From NCBI GenBank assembly GCA_910592345.1, contig CAJVPI010000205.1:1-42682 (forward strand): DNA of 42,682 bases. Direction: 5' to 3'. Below the pieces are notes generated by a model. The model saw only the letters and a program-made list of their open reading frames with translations, had not been told where the DNA came from and ran no database searches. Both the position numbers and the translations under genes were made by a program. Shown here piece after piece: positions 36,169-42,682 of the stretch. The stretch's first letter is position 1, and each line of letters starts with the position of its first letter. The DNA comes from Paraglomus brasilianum. Its lineage: Eukaryota.

Positions 36169-36847
36169 CAGTGAATAGGTGCGTTCGATCGCTTGACAAT
36201 GCTTGAGAGAGGTATCTCGAAGAGGGGATATTTTATCTGTAAATTATTGGATGAGTTTTGTTGGACGAGATTCGTTCGTGACACAAACCACGAAGTGACT
36301 GCGGAAAATTGCCTGCTTTTCTTTAGTATTAGTCTATTACATATTCACCTTCTCTGTATTCTTTAATATTTCCAACAGTCACCACCGAATACTTTTGACT
36401 CTGTTGTTTTTCTCATTGTGCTACAAGAGATTTCTATAGATGAAGATTGCAACTAAAGCCAAAGCCAACAAACAACGCAAAAATGTGTTGGTGGAAGCAT
36501 CAACTGATCATACTCTCAACACTCAAGCCGTTACTATCTCATACGTTTTACGATTGAATTTCATTCCTGGTTCATGAGTTATCGTTAAGTTATAAACAAG
36601 TGTACGCGGGGGGAAAGCAAGAAGCAGGCGGGTTTGTTTAGATGAGAGTGAAATCTATTCTACCACCACATCAAGAATGGGAAAGCAGGCTTTTTATCAC
36701 AAGTAAAATTTGGTGCTTCCAGAATTGGCAATCAATTCACTATCAATGAAAAAGTCCCATTAAACGATTCAATCCATAGTAATAGAAGCAAGAATCTATC
36801 CCTTATAAAAGGCTTTTCATTATTAGATTGAGAGAATGCTATCTATC

Positions 36848-37061
36848 TGCTTGCTATTTGCGGCTGGTGTATAGGTCAAGGTTTTTATTTGCGATAAATA
36901 AGAAACTCAAGCATGTCAGATATTGCTGGTGTTTCTTAATTTTTATCATGGTTGCTTGCTATTTGCGGTTGGTGTATAGGTCAAGGTTTTTATTTGCGAT
37001 AAATAAAGAAACTCAAGCATGTCAGATATTGCTGGTGTTTCTTAATTTTTATCATGGTTGC
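36848..37061. repeat. Recent ~105-bp tandem duplication
   Basis: TGCTTGCTATTTGCGG(C/T)TGGTGTATAGGTCAAGG...TTTTATCATGGTTGC twice, about 1 substitution and 1 indel. Confidence 0.93.
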
Positions 37062-37314
37062 AATCTTCATGAGTTGTAACTTCAACAAAGTTTCTGATAG
37101 ATAAGCGGGCCGATGATAATACGCTGGTTTAGGAAGTACATTAAGAGTACCAGTCAAAAATTATAATAATAAACCACAGTGCACAGATAAGGTACATTGT
37201 ATTGTACCATATGAAGAAGAACCTCTCGCCGACATTGTAAGAAGACTTTTACCGAGCTACCATCACGATTATGTGAACAGAAAAGAGCAACTAATACTCA
37301 CACTTGTACGGTTA

Positions 37315-37567
37315 TTGTGTGGCTTATTGCGCATGTTAAGGGTGTAATCCGACTCGTTCAGATGGGACACATTTCCTATTACTATGTTCAAGCAATTCGA
37401 TAAATAGTTTACATGCAAAAGCAAAAGCAACTATTATGTATCATGTAAATTGTGTGGCTTATTGCGCATATCAAGGGTGTAATCTGACTCATTCTCTGGG
37501 ACACATTTCCTATATTCTGACGAGGCTGTTCAAGCAATTCGATAAATAAGTTAACTATTATGTATCA
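37315..37567. repeat. Diverged ~135-bp duplication upstream of the GDSL gene
   Basis: TTGTGTGGCTTATTGCGCAT..AAGGGTGTAATC.GACTC.TTC...GGGACACATTTCCTAT...TGTTCAAGCAATTCGATAAATA...AACTATTATGTATCA at ~37315 and ~37450. Confidence 0.85.
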
Positions 37568-37752
37568 CATCGTTTATTATGTCATGTTCTTGGTATATTT
37601 CATTGTACCAAACAGTGAGTTTTGGTATGCACTAAAAGCCACTGTTACCCCCTCAAAATGCGCAAGCCTCATAAATGTATGTACTATAAATAACATTCTT
37701 AGGATAGATATAAAGGGTGGATGGAATGCAAACAAGGAAGACAGCCGAAACG

Positions 37753-39150
37753 ATGAAGACAAATCAAAGCGTCCTTATCACATTTGTGATTCTTGTTTCT
37801 GTTGCTGGCTGTTTGAGCGCTCCCATACATAAATTCAATGGACGCGCTGGTGCCTTGAAATATGACACGATTGTGGTGAGTGGCGAATCAACATCAAATA
37901 TTTGACAACCAATATAGCTTTTTTTGTCTACTAAATATTGATACCGATATTATTATTATTATTATTAAGGCATTCGGCGACAGTACATGTGATAATGGCA
38001 ACGGTACATACACATTACTTAATCATACGTATCCTCCTTCCCCTCCATATTATAATGGTCGCTTCTCAAATGGCCCAGTCTTTATGGAGTATTTGTCAAA
38101 TATATTGAATGCCACTTTGTACGATTATGCGTATGGTGGAGCAACTAGTGACAACACCTATGTGACGGGTAAGTGGTATCAAATGGATTATCATGATATT
38201 GTAACTCTACTATGGTCATATTCTCGTAAGCTGATTCCTTGTGCTGTTTTTTAACAGGTGTATCAGGATTTAATTACACTAGCGTTGTCCCCAGTGTTAC
38301 TGATCAGGTTAAAAATATATACGGACCAAAAGCACTAAAGGGTGTAGATTTTGACAAAATATTGTTTGTCATATCGTATCAGGGCAACGATTACGTAAGC
38401 ATCTTTTATCTTGACGAGATTCTATAAAACGAATGTCGATAATTTCCAACATGGACTAATCAAATTCTCTTCTCGGTTATACTATCACCACCAGCTCGAT
38501 AATCCAAAAGCAGATCCCCTAATTGTAGTCTCCAAATTAGCAGAGACATGGTCGCTCCTTGCATCATACGGCGCCAAACATATCCTAACCAACACGTTTT
38601 TTGATATCTCATTGATTCCATATGCACGTACTCTCCCCACGGCAGTTCAGCTCGCTCTTAAAGCAATCAGCGCTGCACACAATGCCGCTCTTGTTGCTGC
38701 TGTGGATATTTGGAACGAGCAAGGCAATGGTGCTGAAGTGTTACTGTTCCCGTTGGGCGAAAGTCTTGCTGGCCTACAACAACCGGAGAAGATTGCGCAA
38801 CTTGGAATAACCGATGTCACCAATCCCTGCATTACCAGACCTCCAGGCGCTACGAATGCTGTCAATATACCATGCGAAGGTAAGCGTTGACGAGAAGAAA
38901 ATAATGCAAAATGACTATCTTATAAACACTAGAATATGCTCATTTGGGTTTTCTACTCGTATGTAAATAGATCCATCCAAATTCTTCTTTTGGGATTCGT
39001 TCCATCCGGTAAGTCTTGTATTTGTTGCCACTATCTGGGTAATTTCCTCTACAGCTCGCTAATTTTTCTTAAATTTACATCATATAGACAACGAAAGTGG
39101 GTGAGCAAGTGGCGCTTTCGATATATAATTTCTTAGCATCGTTGGCATAG
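37753..39150 (+). CDS. Secreted GDSL/SGNH hydrolase (lipase/acetylesterase, CE16-like), 6 exons
   Basis: Exons 37753-37875, 37969-38168, 38258-38394, 38495-38879, 38971-39008, 39088-39150. Signal peptide MKTNQSVLITFVILVSVAGCLSAP; blocks AFGDSTCDNGN, GRFSNGPVFMEYL, YAYGGAT, YQGNDY, FFFWDSFHPTT. Confidence 0.92.
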
Positions 39151-39289
39151 ATAGAGTAGTATTAGAGCGAACACAAATAAAAAAAGCACATGTAATAATA
39201 TCTCAATAATATTTCTGGCATCATTATTATATGCATATCAAGCTTTGTGGATAGAGATAGCAATTGTCTGTTCATGTCTATGTCAATAT

Positions 39290-39842
39290 AGGTATGGGTC
39301 GAATAAGTTCATAGAACATTTGCGGACATATTCGGTTTACATGTAGAATGTGGGCCACTATCCGGAACAAGCCAGCTACCTAGGCAGAGATGTGTTGAGG
39401 AAATGTTCTAAGAGAATACGCCACTGACATGAACAGAGCCCATCAGAAAATTTTCATGTATAAAGTTATGGAATAATTCAGCATGAATGCAAGCTTTCAG
39501 TATTCCCAAACAAGAATTATCGCGTCATTGGCTGTAAATGAGGCATTAAATAATATCAAAGGTGCATGTTCTTTCACTAAACATGTCCAGTCGTCTGATC
39601 AAGGAATAATCCGCATGTAACCATATACATTGTCTTTGCTGTTTTCGATACAAACAACTGTTTACCAAACGTCGATTGCCTTTACTTGCTCTCATGCAAT
39701 CGTAGGGAAGCTATGCCAAATTAGGAAGCAACGAATGGAGGAACATCAATTTAATATTCTTCCGCTTATCAGTAGGAAGAAAGGGCAGCTCTCAAATTCA
39801 TTGAATATTGGCACGACACAGCACACAAAATACACTGCTTAA
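39290..39842 (+). pseudogene. Pseudogene/TE relic of unrecognised family
   Basis: One frame from 39429 to 39842 (138 codons) has only two internal TAA stops: MNRAHQKIFMYKVME*FSMNASFQYSQTRIIASLAVNEALNNIKGACSF...; more protein-like sequence lies upstream in another frame. Confidence 0.3.
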
Positions 39843-40687
39843 TTTTAACCATCTCCGGTTTCATGATGTTAATGTTGGTAAGACATGTAGGAGATATTAA
39901 AATATTGAGCTGTTTGAATAATGGCTGCCGTGGCTGAGCAGTCGAGTCATCTACATGATATGGATTATGCTTGATAGAAGACCAGAAGTAGGGGTAAGTG
40001 CCAATGATGTTGATAATAGTCAACTTACACACTCCATCGCGACGTTTTTTATTGTAGATTTTATTTCGCAAATTTCAATTTTTTGAGCTTAATTGCTATA
40101 TAATTTCATTGCTACTGTTGGCGCCATATTGTAGAACGCTTTGATTACCCTGTCTTTGCTCGATAGAAGGAAATATTATTGGCCAAAATATGCGGTTTAT
40201 CGGGTTCAATATTCGGTTTACAAAGGTGGATGATATTATTGTTATTGGCTTAAATAAATTGTTACGTCAATTACCGGGGTAAATTTCAATGTTTGTTTCA
40301 GAAAATCTTCGGTTTACGGTTATGGAGTACCAGGCAAAGACTGACGGAAATGTGACTTTGCGTAGGCCATGTGATTAAGATTATATTATTAGAACATGCC
40401 CAAATTTTATTAAAGATCGCTTTTGAAATATACCATTGGATGTTAATTCTTCTCTCTTTAAATATTTATTCTTAAGTATGAGTTTTCCATTAACTAGTTT
40501 GCTATACTTTGCTTTTAACATGTTCACAAATCTCACGTTTATTATCGAAGCAACAATCATCCAAAATCGGGTGACAGTGACTCACATATGATTGTGACTT
40601 TAAGGGAGGAAATCCGAAAATGGCAGGGACCGAAACAGCATGTGACTGTATAGGATGTAACTGTACTGTACAAGCCCTGAAACAACA

Positions 40688-40975
40688 ATGCATTGAATAA
40701 ATCGTTGGAAACAACGTACTGAGAGTAAACGGGAATGTCTATCTTAACTTGACCAATATGACAATGCATTGATTTCGTGTCCTTTATTAAGCAAAGGTGG
40801 ACGCACTGGTTTCGTGTTGACGCATTGATTTCGTGTCCTTTATTAGACTGGATAACGCATTGATTGATCTCAATAAATCGTTGGAGATTGACAAATAATA
40901 CATATACTTTGAGAGTAGGGGAATGTCTATATCAAGTTTTGTCAATATGGCGACGCATTGATTGATCTCAATACA
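40688..40975. repeat. Complex diverged direct repeats built on GCATTGA units
   Basis: AATAAATCGTTGGA...GAGAGTA..GGGAATGTCTAT twice; GCATTGATTTCGTGTCCTTTATTA twice; CGCATTGATTGATCTCAATA twice. Confidence 0.75.
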
Positions 40976-41109
40976 ACATTGATATTGAAAGCCAAGCAAA
41001 TTAATTTCTACGCCGTTGGTGAAAACTAAACTGTTGCGCTGTTAAAATATTCGTTCGATAGAGAGACTACGAATATCTCAAAGACCATCATAATGGCTGT
41101 TGTTGTTGT

Positions 41110-41112
<3 letters not shown>

Positions 41113-41196
<84 letters not shown>

Positions 41197-41208
41197 CGTT
41201 TTTTTTTT
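41113..41208. repeat. ~95-nt interrupted poly(T) tract
   Basis: Directly visible; interrupted by an A run and a CG. Confidence 0.9.
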
Positions 41209-42158
41209 CGTATTTTAGTAAAACAAAATGCTGTTTGGTTATTATTTTTGTTTTTTATTTTTGTTACATTGTAGTTTTAACTGTGTCGATCACACAATAT
41301 TTGTTCAATTAAAAATTAATACATGTCATGGAAATGGAGTATTGATTATTACACCTCGAAAACGCATTTCCGTAAATATCTTTACAACCATGAATACTAC
41401 GCTTTTGATTAGAATATCACAAAATCAGCTTCATGTCAAATCAGAAAAAATCATTAGAATTGACCCCAATTTCTCGTTTAACGCAGTAGCTATTGAATAC
41501 TCGGTAAAAGAAATGATCTAGTTGCTTCCATTATGAAAAGTTTTTACCTACAAAGAACAACTCCTTGAACAAAGGATAGAGTACAATGTGGATGAAGAAA
41601 GCAGACACAATTTTTCTCAAATCCCCTTCCCCTGAACTAAAAAAAAGAAAAGACCTCCGAGCATTGTAATAATAATAATAATAATACTGCTACGGAATAT
41701 TATAATAGCGAAGAACACCTAACACTAAACTTCATCACACTCCAGTCCCGCGCATCAATTTCAATATCCTTGCAATTGTTTTGATGCAGTGTGATTCGAC
41801 ATCTTTGCATTGAGAATACGTTTGCTTTAATTATGATACAAACTTTGCGTGAGTCAGCTCCACGATACGATAAAAATCATTGCACTCTGATCCGAAGCAC
41901 CTCTCACGTTATGTATTTAAGATAGTACGTTTAAACTTCAACTTAGCGGCTCTTAGCTTAGTCCCACTAAAAAGAAGTCGAAGTTAAATAGCAACCGAAT
42001 AAAGGTAACCGTGAGTAGCAAACTCTGATTAAATGGCAATTGTACCAACATTTCATGTCTACCTTCTTTTTCGAGAAAGAAAGCTGGACCAGTTATAATA
42101 ATGTGCGACGACGATGTAACACAGGAAAGTATTGAAATGAAAATTTTTAATTCAAAGC

Positions 42159-42682
42159 ATGCCATTAGTTCCAGGAGTCAAGGATATTAATATGCATAAT
42201 CCAGCAATTGACAACTGGATTCAATCCTCCTTGGAAAGTGAAAATAAAGACTTAAGACTTAAATGGATTCCTTGCTCAGAAATTTCCGACATAGAGCCAA
42301 CTCAAATTGACAACGCCTACTATGCTATTCGCAAGCAAACTGGAGTGAAGAAAACGATAACATTGGTGTTGCTTGGAAGTAGTGAAGAATGTGCACCAAC
42401 ACTAGTGAATGAGTTTGCTAGAATATACTCACTTCCAACACATGAGTACAACAATGATGTCAGTCGATTTAGACGATATAATAAATGGCTTTATTATCGC
42501 AACGCACTCATAATTGGCTTTACTGAGTATAATAACAACTATTACATGGTTGCTTATAAACGCTTTTACTCTTGTTATTCTCGATATGGCTTCTGCACTG
42601 CATGTGGAATACTCCGATGTAGTCCCGTGTGGTGCATCTGTGGACATAAACAATTATCCGATGGATGGACTAGCAACAATAA
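42159..42682 (+). CDS. Kinase-like (TKL-type expanded family) protein, N-terminal part, runs off the window
   Basis: Open from ATG 42159 to the window end and absent from the ORF track because it has no stop: MPLVPGVKDINMHNPAIDNWIQSSL...LKWIPCSEISDIE...VNEFARIY...IIGFTEYNNNYYMV...YGFCTACGILRCSPVWCICGHKQLSDGWTSNN. The ID.WIQ / L.WIP and CxxC-WCxC-WTSxN modules typically precede kinase domains in Mucoromycota families. Confidence 0.8.
   Translation, partial: MPLVPGVKDINMHNPAIDNWIQSSLESENKDLRLKWIPCSEISDIEPTQIDNAYYAIRKQTGVKKTITLVLLGSSEECAPTLVNEFARIYSLPTHEYNNDVSRFRRYNKWLYYRNALIIGFTEYNNNYYMVAYKRFYSCYSRYGFCTACGILRCSPVWCICGHKQLSDGWTSNN

Noticed and set aside
36828..37079. 83-aa ORF with an internal repeat
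   Set aside because: Arises from the 105-bp DNA duplication; non-ATG start and the frame shifts in the second copy.
40688..40975. Repeat-spacer pattern as a CRISPR-like array
   Set aside because: Units vary in length and sequence, the spacers are themselves duplicated, the context is eukaryotic and there are no cas genes.
41100..41521. ORFs 41100-41312 (poly-Phe) and 41228-41521 as proteins
   Set aside because: Products of the poly(T) tract and low-complexity AT-rich sequence; no motif support.

Overview
Intron-rich fungal nuclear DNA of an early-diverging (Mucoromycota-type) fungus. Endogonales or Glomeromycotina is inferred from the short GT-AG introns, a Crinkler-like relic, a lineage-type F-box gene and a Cys-rich 'WTSxN' kinase-like gene. 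Six complete genes were reconstructed by hand: a 13-kb, 18-exon HUWE1/Tom1-type HECT E3 ligase (+), a bestrophin/UPF0187 channel (-), a Leu5/SLC25A16-type mitochondrial CoA carrier (-), an EF-hand MscS-like channel (+), an intronless F-box-like gene (-) and a secreted GDSL/SGNH esterase (+). A kinase-like gene runs off the right edge. Intergenic DNA holds pogo/Tigger relics, several MITEs, tandem duplications and pseudogenes, and paired repeat copies differ mainly by CpG->TpG/CpA changes. The most unusual part is the first ~1.6 kb: AT-rich, intronless, densely packed, frameshifted bacterial-style ORFs resembling Mollicutes-related endobacteria (MRE) DNA joined to fungal sequence (insertion or assembly chimera). 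It contains a GC-rich structured element with twister-ribozyme-like motifs. No database searches or folding programs could be run, so family calls rest on recognised motifs.
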